A stretch of DNA of 64,000 nt from Escherichia coli (GTDB lineage: Bacteria > Pseudomonadota > Gammaproteobacteria > Enterobacterales > Enterobacteriaceae), in NCBI RefSeq assembly GCF_003018255.1, contig NZ_CP027440.1. One strand, 5' to 3'. A program made the translations under genes and the position numbers. Numbering within the stretch: position 1 is the stretch's first letter; the number at the start of each line of letters is the position of its first letter. A model generated the notes under the pieces. That model saw nothing but the letters and a program-made list of their open reading frames with translations, ran no database searches and was not told the DNA's origin. This document shows, piece by piece, positions 8,981 to 24,886 of the stretch.

Positions 8981-11355
8981 TTCTTCAGTTCAGCCAGGCT
9001 TAACCAGGTTTGCACCACGGTATCCGGGTTCAGAGACAGGCTATCGATCCCCTCTTCCATCAACCATGCGGCAAAGTCTTCGTGGTCGGACGGACCCTGA
9101 CCGCAAATCCCGACATATTTGCCCTGTTTCTTCGCGGCACGAATCGCCATCGACAGCAGTGCTTTCACCGCATCGTTGCGCTCATCGAACAGTTCAGACA
9201 CCACTCCGGAGTCACGGTCCAGACCGAGCGCCAGCTGTGTCATGTCGTTTGAGCCAATTGAGAAGCCGTCGAAATATTCGAGGAACTGCTCTGCCAGCAA
9301 GGCGTTGGACGGAATTTCACACATCATGATGATTTTCAGCCCGTTCTCACCACGTTTCAGCCCCTGACGCGCCAGTTCCTCAACCACCGCTTTCGCCTGA
9401 TCTACGGTACGCACGAACGGGATCATGATCTCAACGTTGGTCAGCCCCATGTCGTTGCGCACACGTTTCACTGCTTCACACTCCAGCGCGAAGCAGTCGC
9501 GGAAGCTGTCGGAAACATAGCGGCCCGCGCCACGGAAGCCGAGCATCGGGTTCTCTTCATCTGGCTCGTAACGCTCACCACCGACCAGGTTGGCATATTC
9601 GTTCGATTTAAAATCAGAGAGACGGACAATGACGCGCTTCGGATAAAACGCGGCACCCAGCGTCGCGATCCCTTCAGTCAGACGCCCAACGTAAAATTCA
9701 CGCGGAGAATCAAAACCTTTCATCATCTCGCGGATTTCGTTTTGCAACTGCGGTTCCTGATCGTCAAACTCAAGCAGTGCGCGTGGGTGGACGCCAATCA
9801 TACGGTTGATGATAAATTCCAGACGCGCAAGGCCGACGCCTTCGTTCGGCAGGCAGGCGAAGTCGAAAGCACGGTCCGGGTTACCGACGTTCATCATCAC
9901 CTTCAACGGCAGATCAGGCATCGTTTCTACGCTGGAGCTTTTCACGCTAAATTCCAGCAACTCCGCATAGACGTAACCGGTATCACCTTCGGCACAAGAA
10001 ACAGTGACGTTCTCACCGTCTTTCATCCGTTCTGTTGCATCACCACAGCCCACTACCGCCGGAATGCCGAGTTCACGAGCGATGATCGCCGCGTGACAGG
10101 TACGACCGCCACGGTTGGTGACGATGGCAGATGCTTTCTTCATGATCGGTTCCCAGTCCGGGTCGGTCATGTCAGTGACCAGCACGTCTCCAGGTTCGAT
10201 GCGGTTCATTTCGCTGATGTCATGGATGACTTTCACCGGACCCGCACCGATGCGATGACCGATAGCACGGCCTTCGGCGATAATCTTACCCTGTGAATGC
10301 AGCGTATAACGCTCCATGACCTGACCGCGTGAGCGCACGGTTTCCGGACGCGCCTGCACAATGAACAGTTTACCGGTGTGGCCATCTTTCGCCCACTCAA
10401 TATCCATTGGGCGACCGTAGTGTTTCTCAATTTGTACGGCCTGTTTTGCCAGTTCCTGCACTTCTTCGTTGGTCAGCGAGAAGATGTCACGCTGTTCTTG
10501 CGGTACGTCCTCGATTTTAACCTGCTTGCCGTGCTCCTGGGTCGGCGCGTAAACCATGCGGATTTTTTTCGACCCCATGGTGCGGCGCACGATAGCCGGG
10601 CGATTCGCCGCCAGTGTCGGTTTGTGCACGTAAAACTCATCCGGGTTAACCGCACCCTGCACGACCATTTCACCAAGGCCCCATGCGGAAGTGATAAACA
10701 CCACCTGGTCAAAGCCGGATTCGGTATCAATGGAGAACATCACGCCAGAAGATGCGAGGTCGGAGCGCACCATCCGCTGAACACCGGCGGACAGCGCCAC
10801 GCCACGGTGATCGTAACCCTGGTGCACACGATAAGAGATGGCGCGATCGTTAAACAGAGAAGCAAATACATGTTTCACAGCCACGAGAACGGCGTCAAAA
10901 CCCTGAACGTTGAGGAAAGTTTCCTGCTGACCGGCAAAAGAAGCGTCCGGCATATCTTCTGCAGTAGCGGAGGAACGCACCGCAAACGAGGCGTTTTCGT
11001 CATCGGCGGAAAGCTGTGCATAGGCTTCGCGGATGGCGTTTTCCAGCTCAGGCTGGAAGGGAGTGTCGATAATCCACTGGCGGATTTGCGCGCCCGCTTT
11101 CGCAAGCTGGGTAACATCGTCAATATCCGTTTTATCCAGCAGTTCATAAATGCGCTGGTTTACGCCGCTTTGGTCCAGAAACTGGTTAAACGCGTCGGCG
11201 GTTGTGGCGAAACCATTCGGAACGGAAACACCCATTCCGGAAAGGTTAGTAATCATTTCACCCAGGGAGGCATTTTTGCCCCCAACCCTGTCTACATCAT
11301 TCATGCCGAGTTGGTTATACCAAAGCACCAGCGGTGACGAGCCATTGTTGGACAT
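8977..11355 (-). CDS. ppsA: Phosphoenolpyruvate synthase
   Basis: 792-aa ORF; translation recognised as PEP synthase ([34 protein letters not shown]...). Confidence 0.97.
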   Translation of the reverse strand: MSNNGSSPLVLWYNQLGMNDVDRVGGKNASLGEMITNLSGMGVSVPNGFATTADAFNQFLDQSGVNQRIYELLDKTDIDDVTQLAKAGAQIRQWIIDTPFQPELENAIREAYAQLSADDENASFAVRSSATAEDMPDASFAGQQETFLNVQGFDAVLVAVKHVFASLFNDRAISYRVHQGYDHRGVALSAGVQRMVRSDLASSGVMFSIDTESGFDQVVFITSAWGLGEMVVQGAVNPDEFYVHKPTLAANRPAIVRRTMGSKKIRMVYAPTQEHGKQVKIEDVPQEQRDIFSLTNEEVQELAKQAVQIEKHYGRPMDIEWAKDGHTGKLFIVQARPETVRSRGQVMERYTLHSQGKIIAEGRAIGHRIGAGPVKVIHDISEMNRIEPGDVLVTDMTDPDWEPIMKKASAIVTNRGGRTCHAAIIARELGIPAVVGCGDATERMKDGENVTVSCAEGDTGYVYAELLEFSVKSSSVETMPDLPLKVMMNVGNPDRAFDFACLPNEGVGLARLEFIINRMIGVHPRALLEFDDQEPQLQNEIREMMKGFDSPREFYVGRLTEGIATLGAAFYPKRVIVRLSDFKSNEYANLVGGERYEPDEENPMLGFRGAGRYVSDSFRDCFALECEAVKRVRNDMGLTNVEIMIPFVRTVDQAKAVVEELARQGLKRGENGLKIIMMCEIPSNALLAEQFLEYFDGFSIGSNDMTQLALGLDRDSGVVSELFDERNDAVKALLSMAIRAAKKQGKYVGICGQGPSDHEDFAAWLMEEGIDSLSLNPDTVVQTWLSLAELKK

Positions 11356-11443
11356 CGAACAATCCTTTTGTGATAAATGAACGGTTTGAGAAACACATTT
11401 CTGCGCATTTATCTTTGCATATTTAACCGGATGAAAAAAACGG

Positions 11444-11454
11444 TGAATCGTTCA
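11444..11454. promoter_or_regulatory. Candidate Cra (FruR) site in the ppsA upstream region
   Basis: tgaatcgttca in the ppsA/ppsR divergent spacer resembles the Cra half-site-palindrome TGAAxCGxTTCA; ppsA is a known Cra-activated gene. Confidence 0.35.
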
Positions 11455-11687
11455 AGCAAATATATTTTTTTACTTTTTAAGACTGATCCCAGCGTTGCGC
11501 AAATCTGCTCTCTTCGACAATTTCCACATAAACCATCGGTATAAACGAAACCGTAAAAATGAAATGCTGTTTTCATAAAAAATAAAATTGAAGGTTCATT
11601 TTATAAACCAGACATAACGTTCTACGCTTCTGTGCGTTTTTAATTTATGCTTTCATAGAATTATGTCTGCATCACGGGAAGAACAAA

Positions 11688-12521
11688 ATGGATAATGCTG
11701 TTGATCGCCACGTTTTTTATATTTCTGATGGTACGGCAATAACTGCGGAGGTATTAGGACACGCAGTAATGTCACAATTTCCCGTCACTATCAGCAGCAT
11801 TACGCTGCCGTTTGTCGAAAATGAGAGCCGTGCACGGGCAGTGAAGGATCAGATTGACGCAATTTATCACCAGACAGGTGTGCGCCCGCTGGTCTTCTAC
11901 TCCATCGTGTTGCCGGAGATTCGCGCCATCATCTTGCAAAGTGAGGGCTTTTGCCAGGATATCGTTCAGGCGCTGGTTGCCCCGCTACAACAAGAGATGA
12001 AACTGGATCCAACGCCGATTGCTCATCGTACCCATGGCCTTAACCCTAATAATCTCAATAAATATGATGCGCGCATTGCTGCGATTGATTACACCCTCGC
12101 CCACGATGATGGCATTTCGTTACGCAATCTGGACCAGGCTCAGGTGATCCTGCTCGGCGTTTCTCGCTGTGGTAAAACCCCCACCAGTCTGTATCTGGCA
12201 ATGCAGTTTGGTATCCGCGCGGCAAACTACCCCTTTATTGCCGACGATATGGATAATCTTGTGCTACCCGCGTCGCTCAAACCGCTTCAGCATAAATTGT
12301 TCGGCCTGACTATCGACCCGGAACGTCTGGCGGCGATTCGCGAGGAACGTCGGGAGAACAGTCGCTATGCCTCGCTTCGTCAGTGCAGGATGGAAGTCGC
12401 GGAAGTGGAAGCGTTGTACCGTAAAAATCAGATCCCGTGGATTAACAGTACCAATTATTCGGTAGAAGAGATTGCCACCAAGATCCTCGATATCATGGGC
12501 CTTAGCCGTCGAATGTACTAG
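11688..12521 (+). CDS. ppsR: PEP synthase regulatory protein (bifunctional kinase/pyrophosphorylase)
   Basis: 277-aa ORF divergent from ppsA; P-loop GVSRCGKT in the translation. Confidence 0.95.
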
Positions 12522-12532
12522 AGAACTAGTGC
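12515..12532 (+). promoter_or_regulatory. TrpR operator of the aroH promoter
   Basis: gtactagagaactagtgc is a near-palindromic match to the TrpR box (G-ACTAG-N-CTAGT-C); followed by a tatcat -10-like hexamer near 12551. Confidence 0.8.
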
Positions 12533-12677
12533 ATTAGCTTGTTTTTTTGTTATCATGCTAACCACCCGGCGAGGTGTGACACACCTCGCACTTGAAATCA
12601 GCTGCGATTGGTTTATCGTGATGCGCATCACTTCCCGGTAGTCCTGCCGTAGAAGCAACAAATTTCTGAGACTTGTA

Positions 12678-13724
12678 ATGAACAGAACTGACGAACTCCG
12701 TACTGCGCGTATTGAGAGCCTGGTAACGCCCGCCGAACTCGCGCTACGGTATCCCGTAACGCCTGGCGTCGCCACCCATGTCACCGACTCCCGCCGCAGA
12801 ATTGAAAAAATACTGAATGGTGAAGATAAGCGACTGTTGGTCATTATTGGCCCCTGCTCGATCCACGATCTCACCGCTGCAATGGAGTACGCCACCCGTC
12901 TGCAGTCGCTGCGCAACCAGTACCAGTCACGGCTGGAAATCGTAATGCGCACCTATTTTGAAAAACCACGAACTGTTGTCGGCTGGAAAGGGCTAATCTC
13001 CGATCCAGATTTAAACGGCAGCTATCGGGTAAATCACGGTCTGGAGCTGGCGCGCAAATTACTTTTACAGGTAAATGAGCTGGGCGTCCCTACCGCGACT
13101 GAGTTCCTCGATATGGTGACCGGTCAGTTTATTGCTGATTTAATCAGTTGGGGCGCGATTGGCGCACGTACTACCGAAAGTCAGATCCACCGTGAAATGG
13201 CTTCGGCACTCTCCTGTCCGGTAGGTTTTAAAAATGGTACCGATGGCAACACGCGGATTGCCGTGGATGCTATCCGCGCAGCCCGCGCCAGCCATATGTT
13301 CCTCTCGCCAGACAAAAATGGTCAGATGACCATCTATCAGACCAGCGGCAACCCGTATGGCCACATTATTATGCGTGGCGGCAAAAAACCGAATTATCAT
13401 GCCGATGATATCGCCGCAGCCTGCGATACGCTGCACGAGTTTGATTTACCTGAACATCTGGTGGTGGATTTCAGCCACGGTAACTGCCAGAAGCAGCACC
13501 GACGCCAGTTAGAAGTTTGTGAGGATATTTGTCAGCAAATCCGCAATGGATCTACGGCGATTGCTGGAATTATGGCGGAAAGTTTCCTGCGCGAAGGAAC
13601 GCAAAAAATCGTCGGCGGTCAGCCGCTCACTTACGGTCAATCCATTACCGACCCGTGTCTGGGCTGGGAAGATACCGAACGCCTGGTCGAAAAACTCGCC
13701 TCTGCGGTAGATACTCGCTTCTGA
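12678..13724 (+). CDS. aroH: 3-deoxy-D-arabino-heptulosonate-7-phosphate synthase, Trp-sensitive
   Basis: 348-aa ORF; translation recognised as class I DAHP synthase. Confidence 0.97.
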   Translation: MNRTDELRTARIESLVTPAELALRYPVTPGVATHVTDSRRRIEKILNGEDKRLLVIIGPCSIHDLTAAMEYATRLQSLRNQYQSRLEIVMRTYFEKPRTVVGWKGLISDPDLNGSYRVNHGLELARKLLLQVNELGVPTATEFLDMVTGQFIADLISWGAIGARTTESQIHREMASALSCPVGFKNGTDGNTRIAVDAIRAARASHMFLSPDKNGQMTIYQTSGNPYGHIIMRGGKKPNYHADDIAAACDTLHEFDLPEHLVVDFSHGNCQKQHRRQLEVCEDICQQIRNGSTAIAGIMAESFLREGTQKIVGGQPLTYGQSITDPCLGWEDTERLVEKLASAVDTRF

Positions 13725-13729
13725 ATGCG

Positions 13730-13758
13730 TGCCCATTCCTGACGGGATGGGCATTTCT
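13730..13758 (+). terminator. Candidate aroH terminator hairpin
   Basis: gcccattcc / ggatgggc imperfect stem directly after the aroH stop, followed by atttct. Confidence 0.4.
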
Positions 13759-13814
13759 GCGCAACTTGTTGTCTTCTCAACAAATTACTGCTTGCTCTGG
13801 CCCGCCATAATATT

Positions 13815-13833
13815 GATAATAAGAATCATTGTT
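13815..13833 (+). promoter_or_regulatory. Fur box upstream of ydiE
   Basis: gataataagaatcattgtt matches the 19-bp Fur consensus GATAATGATAATCATTATC at most positions; sits about 20 nt upstream of the ydiE ATG. Confidence 0.55.
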
Positions 13834-13855
13834 ATATAAATTATTATTAATTTTT

Positions 13856-14047
13856 ATGCGTTATACGGATAGCAGAAAACTCACGCCTGAAACGGATGCC
13901 AATCACAAGACCGCTTCCCCGCAGCCCATCCGGCGAATTACCAGCCAGACACTGTTAGGTCCGGATGGCAAACTGATTATCGATCATGACGGGCAAGAAT
14001 ATCTGCTCCGTAAAACTCAGGCTGGCAAGCTGCTGTTGACCAAGTAA
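13856..14047 (+). CDS. ydiE: HemP-like small protein (hemin uptake protein family)
   Basis: ORF-track frame begins at a TTG (13829); trimmed to the first ATG at 13856 giving 63 aa ([12 protein letters not shown]...). Confidence 0.75.
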   Translation: MRYTDSRKLTPETDANHKTASPQPIRRITSQTLLGPDGKLIIDHDGQEYLLRKTQAGKLLLTK

Positions 14048-14050
14048 CCT

Positions 14051-15526
<1,476 letters not shown>

Positions 15527-15549
15527 TTAAACACCAGCAAACAGGAGGG

Positions 15550-16263
15550 TTATCGCTGAACCAACGTCGTTATCTGATTTACAGGAACGGCAGGCCACAG
15601 GCATCCCTGGAGAGCATGGAAATCAAAGGGGGTAATCTGTGCCATTATTTCTGGCGTATCAATGCCCCCCGCGATGATGCAATTGCAACATGGGGAAATT
15701 TGAGCCTGGATCGCACGAATAAACGGTTCGAAGGAGCGATGCGTGATTTGTTGCTGAATAAAACTTTTATCCAGCATGACGCGGGTGAAAAGACCATCAA
15801 AAACCGCTTTCATTGTGCTATTGCCTGCGCCCAAATTACCTAACACAAGGGGATACATTTGCGATAAGGACAAAAGATCGCGATTATCTTTTCCTTCATC
15901 GAGATGCGGGTAATTCTCATTAATCAACAGTTCAATAAACGGATATTTTAATAGTTCGCCTGCGTAATTATCCCTGTCTAATAATAATGTAGCCACTTGT
16001 GGCGTTAAATTAAGCCAGGCAAAGAGTTTATGTTGAATAAAAAAGTGTTGGCATGATTTTAGTAATTCCAACTGCTCTGAAAATAATTGCCAATGTTGCT
16101 CCTCGGTAAGTTGCGCTATAACCCGACTCGTCGGGATACGAACCGTACCATCTTCACTGGAGAAATGGGTAATTAACTCAACGCCGACAAGGTCTTGCTG
16201 GTTATCTCTTATCGGCAGGAAATAGCAATCAGAATGATAAAGATTCTCCAAAAAAATCTTCAT
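15550..16263 (-). CDS. ydiV: Degenerate EAL-domain protein, anti-FlhD4C2 factor
   Basis: 237-aa ORF; translation recognised as YdiV. Confidence 0.9.
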   Translation of the reverse strand: MKIFLENLYHSDCYFLPIRDNQQDLVGVELITHFSSEDGTVRIPTSRVIAQLTEEQHWQLFSEQLELLKSCQHFFIQHKLFAWLNLTPQVATLLLDRDNYAGELLKYPFIELLINENYPHLDEGKDNRDLLSLSQMYPLVLGNLGAGNSTMKAVFDGLFTRVMLDKSFIQQQITHRSFEPFIRAIQAQISPCCNCIIAGGIDTPEIMAQITPFDFHALQGCLWPAVPVNQITTLVQR

Positions 16264-16509
16264 GGTAACCGTCCCTCTCGAAGGATGTTTTTCAGTATCC
16301 GGCTAAAAGGGATGAGGCCATAAGACATAACAATTACAGAAGGAGTAACTTTCATTTGTTCCATGTTAACCACTTTTTCAGGGGTCCTTTTTTTAGATTA
16401 TCCTGATTATAAACGAATAATCCATTTACGGAATTTTTGTCTGCAAAATACTACTGTATTCAGGAGTAAATGGACGGCGATGTATCATCGCCGTCCATTT
16501 TTCGACATA

Positions 16510-16974
16510 CTAGATTCGTCTCGCCTGCCAGAAATTTTTCTGCCAATAGACATTATCAAGTGAGGAACGCATCACTCCCTTGCTGGTAGAGGCGTGGATA
16601 AATTGGTTGTTGGTATCATAAATACCTACATGCAAACCATTTTGTCCGGAGCCCGTTTTGAAAAAGACCAGGTCACCAGGCAGCAACTCGTCTTTATCAA
16701 TTTGCGTGCCGATAGAGGCTTGTTGTTTGGTTTCACGGGGCAGCTGCAAATCGAAACGATCGCGCATCGTCACAACCACAAACCCCGAACAGTCCACACC
16801 GCGCCGCGTCATGCCACCATAACGATACGGCGTGCCATGCCAGCTTTGTAGCTGGTCGTTCAAACCGGCAATAACGGTAATCGAATCAGAAAGTCTGGCA
16901 TTTGGCGGCGGTGCTTTATGGTGGCTACACCCGGCCAGAAACAGTGCTGTGATCAAAATAAGGCAGAAACGCAT
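16510..16974 (-). CDS. nlpC: NlpC/P60-family lipoprotein (C40 peptidase)
   Basis: 154-aa ORF; lipobox LAGC near the N-terminus and catalytic-Cys context DCSGF. Confidence 0.9.
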   Translation of the reverse strand: MRFCLILITALFLAGCSHHKAPPPNARLSDSITVIAGLNDQLQSWHGTPYRYGGMTRRGVDCSGFVVVTMRDRFDLQLPRETKQQASIGTQIDKDELLPGDLVFFKTGSGQNGLHVGIYDTNNQFIHASTSKGVMRSSLDNVYWQKNFWQARRI

Positions 16975-17052
16975 TCCGTACGGTTCCTCTGTTTTTTTAT
17001 TCTTGCATTAATTTAGCGTCGTAATTACCCGATTTTCAAGATATTAATGAAA

Positions 17053-17802
17053 TCAGATGGTCGAAATCAGCATTCTGTGACCTTCGATATCCAGACGGCG
17101 AAAATTCATCCCATAGGCCTGCGCCAGATTTGGCGGCGTGAGCACCTCTTCCCTGCGTCCACTGGCCAGCATTTTTCCACCTTTTAGCAACCACGCCCGA
17201 TGCGCATGACGCAAGGTGTGGTTGAGATCGTGACTGCTCATCACAATCGCCAGTCCTTGCTGACACAGCGCGCTCAGAATTTTGTCTAACGCACTTTGTT
17301 GCGCAACATCAAGACTGTTCATCGGCTCATCAAGAAACAGCAATTGGCCTGCGGGATTGGCTTGTGGTGTGATTTGCAACACCACCGCAGCAAGACGTAC
17401 GCGTTGCCATTCACCGCCGGAAAGTTGATTGGTGCTCCGTCCGAGTTTGTCATCAAGAGCCAGCGCCCCTGCGACATCATTCAGTAGTTCGGTACGCGTT
17501 TTATCGTGCTGATGCAGTGTCAGGTAGTGCCAGACCGGCATTGCAAACGGTGGCGTCTGGTGTTGTGAAAGATAGGCGCGATGTAGCGCGAGTTTTGTTG
17601 CGGACCATGCTTCCAGTGGTTGCCCCGCGAACTGAATGCTTCCCTTACCGCTGGTCATTCCGGCCATTCGCGCCAGTAAGGTACTCTTACCCGCGCCATT
17701 CGGCCCCACCAGGTGCAGGATCTCCCCAGCCCGAACCTCGCCAGAAAGCGGCCCCAGGCGGGTAGATTCCGCAACATCCTGTAACTGCATCACAATAGAC
17801 AT
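17053..17802 (-). CDS. btuD: Vitamin B12 ABC transporter, ATP-binding subunit
   Basis: 249-aa ORF; Walker [10 protein letters not shown]. Confidence 0.95.
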   Translation of the reverse strand: MSIVMQLQDVAESTRLGPLSGEVRAGEILHLVGPNGAGKSTLLARMAGMTSGKGSIQFAGQPLEAWSATKLALHRAYLSQHQTPPFAMPVWHYLTLHQHDKTRTELLNDVAGALALDDKLGRSTNQLSGGEWQRVRLAAVVLQITPQANPAGQLLFLDEPMNSLDVAQQSALDKILSALCQQGLAIVMSSHDLNHTLRHAHRAWLLKGGKMLASGRREEVLTPPNLAQAYGMNFRRLDIEGHRMLISTI

Positions 17803-18353
17803 TATTTTGCCAACGCCAGTTTAATGCTTTCCATCACAATGGGATCTTCCGGCGTCATATCCGGGGAAAAACGCTGGATGACCAATCCGTCCCTGCCAAC
17901 TAAAAATTTCTCAAAATTCCATAAAATATCATCAGGGTACAGCGGTGCACGACCTTTGCTGACCATACGAGCATAGAATCCGCTCTCTTCCGGCGCGACT
18001 GCGGTCGGCGCTGCGGCAATCAATTTTTGATACAGCGGATGGCGTCCTTCGCCATTAACTTCAATCTTACTGAACATCGGGAACGTCACCCCCCATGTGG
18101 TGGTACAGTAAGTTTTAATCTCTTCATCGCTGCCCGGTTCTTGTTCCAGAAACTGGTTGCACGGGAATCCCAGCACCACAAAACCACGATCGGCCCAGGC
18201 TTTCTGAATATTCTCCAACTGCTCATATTGCGGCGTTAAGCCACACTTTGAGGCGACATTGACAATCAACAGCACATTACCGGCGTACTTCTCCAGCGTG
18301 GTCACTTCACCGTCGATATCTTTCACTACGGTCGTCAGAATGGAATCTTGCAT
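17802..18353 (-). CDS. btuE: Glutathione-peroxidase-family thioredoxin/glutathione peroxidase
   Basis: 183-aa ORF; its stop overlaps the btuD start by one base; GPx-type active-site context ASKCGLT. Confidence 0.95.
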   Translation of the reverse strand: MQDSILTTVVKDIDGEVTTLEKYAGNVLLIVNVASKCGLTPQYEQLENIQKAWADRGFVVLGFPCNQFLEQEPGSDEEIKTYCTTTWGVTFPMFSKIEVNGEGRHPLYQKLIAAAPTAVAPEESGFYARMVSKGRAPLYPDDILWNFEKFLVGRDGLVIQRFSPDMTPEDPIVMESIKLALAK

Positions 18354-18415
18354 CGTTTCTCCTGGGTGTGGTCAGTAAAAATCTTAGCTTTTAATCATAG
18401 ACCGTCTTTTTGCGG

Positions 18416-19396
18416 CTAACGTCCTGCTTTTAACAATAACCAGATAAACACCGGCGCACCCAACGTTGCGGTGACCACGCCAATAGGCAGCTCTGCGGCA
18501 GCTAATGCCAGGCGCGCTACAATATCGGCCAGCAGCAATGCGCTCGCCCCTGCCAGCGCGCAGCCGGGAAGTAATACGCGATGATCGGTTAAACCACACA
18601 GCCGGAGAATATGTGGGATCACCAGACCAATAAAGCCGATAGCACCCGCCAGCGCCACACTGACGCCAACCATCCAGCCGGTCGCTGCCACCAGCACATT
18701 GCGCCAGAACCACAGGGGTAAACCCAGTTGCCGCGCCGAGATCTCGCCAAGTGCTAACATATTCATCGGTCTGGACTGACAACAGATCCACAACAACACG
18801 GGGATCAATGCCAGCATCAGCCAGCTTTGCCGCCAGTCTACGCCGCCAAAACCGCCCATCATCCAGTACATCAGCTGACGTAAATCAACAGAGGTGGAAA
18901 AGTAGATAGCCCACGTCATTAGTGCGCTACAGATAATCCCTAATGCAACGCCAGCCAGCAATAACCGACTGGTCGAAAGATGACGACGGGCGAAACGTAA
19001 GAGTATTAAAGTGATGATAAGCGCGCCAGCAATCGCACACAGCCCCAGCGCCCAGTTGGGGAGTTGCCCTTGCCCAAGCAATACCGCGGCGATAAGCCCC
19101 ACGCCTGCGCCATTAGAGACGCCAAGTAGTCCAGGTTCTGCCAGAGGATTTTCAAACAATGCCTGCATTACAGCGCCGGATATAGCCAGCGCCGCACCAA
19201 CCAGCAATACAGCCAGCGTACGTGGCAGGCGAATTTGCCAGACGAACAGTTCGCCATGAGGAGTAAACCAGTCACCTGGCGAGATCCATTGTTCACCGGC
19301 GCAAAGGCTTAAGAGAAGCGCCAGCAGCATCAAAACTGACAGGCATAATAACCAGCGAATATTTTGTCGCTGTTGTTGGCGGGCAAGTGTCAGCAT
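18416..19396 (-). CDS. btuC: Vitamin B12 ABC transporter, permease
   Basis: 326-aa hydrophobic ORF recognised as BtuC. Confidence 0.95.
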   Translation of the reverse strand: MLTLARQQQRQNIRWLLCLSVLMLLALLLSLCAGEQWISPGDWFTPHGELFVWQIRLPRTLAVLLVGAALAISGAVMQALFENPLAEPGLLGVSNGAGVGLIAAVLLGQGQLPNWALGLCAIAGALIITLILLRFARRHLSTSRLLLAGVALGIICSALMTWAIYFSTSVDLRQLMYWMMGGFGGVDWRQSWLMLALIPVLLWICCQSRPMNMLALGEISARQLGLPLWFWRNVLVAATGWMVGVSVALAGAIGFIGLVIPHILRLCGLTDHRVLLPGCALAGASALLLADIVARLALAAAELPIGVVTATLGAPVFIWLLLKAGR

Positions 19397-19455
19397 GGTA
19401 TCCGTTCTGCTGAAGTGTCATGGCGTTGATTTTACGGTGACTCTTCGACAGTGAA

Positions 19456-19486
19456 AAGAAAAAAGGCCGCAGAGCGGCCTTTTTAG
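19456..19486. terminator. Intrinsic terminator downstream of ihfA (symmetric A/T tracts, potentially bidirectional)
   Basis: ggccgc-aga-gcggcc hairpin (19465-19479) flanked by aaaaaaa (19458-19464) and ttttt (19480-19484). Confidence 0.7.
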
Positions 19487-19496
19487 TTAGATCAGA

Positions 19497-19796
19497 TTAC
19501 TCGTCTTTGGGCGAAGCGTTTTCGACCCGGCTTTTTAACTTCTGCCCGGGTCTGAAGGTCACCACGCGCCGTGCTGTAATGGGAATATCCTCGCCCGTTT
19601 TCGGGTTACGTCCCGGGCGTTGATTCTTATCACGCAGATCGAAGTTACCAAAACCAGAGAGTTTCACCTGTTCGCCGTTTTCCAGAGCGCGACGGATCTC
19701 TTCGAAAAACAGTTCAACCAGTTCTTTGGCATCCCGCTTGCTAAGCCCAAGCTTATCAAACAGATATTCTGACATTTCAGCTTTTGTAAGCGCCAT
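19497..19796 (-). CDS. ihfA: Integration host factor alpha subunit
   Basis: 99-aa [55 protein letters not shown]... recognised as IHF-alpha. Confidence 0.97.
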
Positions 19797-19800
19797 AGGT

Positions 19801-22191
<2,391 letters not shown>

Positions 22192-22202
22192 CTATTCCTG
22201 CC

Positions 22203-23228
<1,026 letters not shown>

Positions 23229-23395
23229 TTAGAGCCCATCCCATCAGGCTATTTTACTTGCCATTTTGGTCCCGGGCAGTGCTCGAAATCCTCACGTACT
23301 TAAGTACGCTCCGGTTTCTCCGCGCTGGCCGTGTCCAGACTGGCTGCGACAATTACGCCTGATGAGACAGGCTTTTTATTTTTCAAAACGCGCAT

Positions 23396-23420
23396 ACAAA
23401 AAAAGCCTCCACTGGGAGGC
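23396..23420 (-). terminator. pheST attenuator terminator
   Basis: gcctcc-actg-ggaggc hairpin (23405-23420); on the transcribed (minus) strand it is followed by a U-run (plus-strand A-run 23396-23404); lies between pheM and pheS. Confidence 0.75.
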
Positions 23421-23470
23421 TTTCAGGCGCTGTTTTCCGTTTCTCTTCTCACGCGCTAGCCTCCTGGAGT

Positions 23471-23515
23471 CAGGTGCTAAAGTAAAAAAAGAAGCGGAAA
23501 ATAGCAGCATTCATT
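23471..23515 (-). CDS. pheM: pheST operon leader peptide (Phe-rich, 14 aa)
   Basis: Reverse complement of 23471-23515 reads ATG AAT GCT GCT ATT TTC CGC TTC TTT TTT TAC TTT AGC ACC TGA = [14 protein letters not shown]; five Phe codons. Confidence 0.85.
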
Positions 23516-23599
23516 GCTTGCGTTACCTTTTGGTACTCTTCAAAAGACCTTTATTGAAAAGGCTACGGCGATAAAAGTCAATGTTTTGATGGCGTTGAA

Positions 23600-23627
23600 A
23601 CGAAAAGAGGGAGACTAGCTCCCTCTT
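23600..23627 (-). terminator. Terminator downstream of rplT
   Basis: agagggag-actag-ctccctct hairpin (23606-23626) immediately downstream of the rplT stop, with a U-rich tail on the transcribed strand. Confidence 0.65.
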
Positions 23628-23636
23628 TCAACTGGC

Positions 23637-24020
<384 letters not shown>

Positions 24021-24046
24021 TTAAAAAGTTAAAAAACGTTAACGGC

Positions 24047-24886
<840 letters not shown>

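Noticed and set aside
8898-9329. 143-aa plus-strand ORF starting at the fadK stop and running into ppsA
   Set aside because: Overlaps the ppsA 3' end antisense; the translation is Pro/Arg/Ser-rich with no recognisable domain; most likely an artefact of the six-frame track.
9742-11337. Long plus-strand ORFs (184 aa and 319 aa) inside ppsA
   Set aside because: They lie entirely antisense within a well-recognised 792-aa PEP synthase gene, have no ribosome-binding site and give low-complexity, Arg/His-rich translations typical of shadow ORFs on the opposite strand of a GC-rich gene.
16363-16563. 66-aa plus-strand ORF and a GC hairpin (about 16472-16496) in the nlpC-ydiV spacer as a possible small gene or toxin
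   Set aside because: The ORF has no ribosome-binding site and overlaps the nlpC 3' end; the hairpin is better explained as the nlpC terminator.
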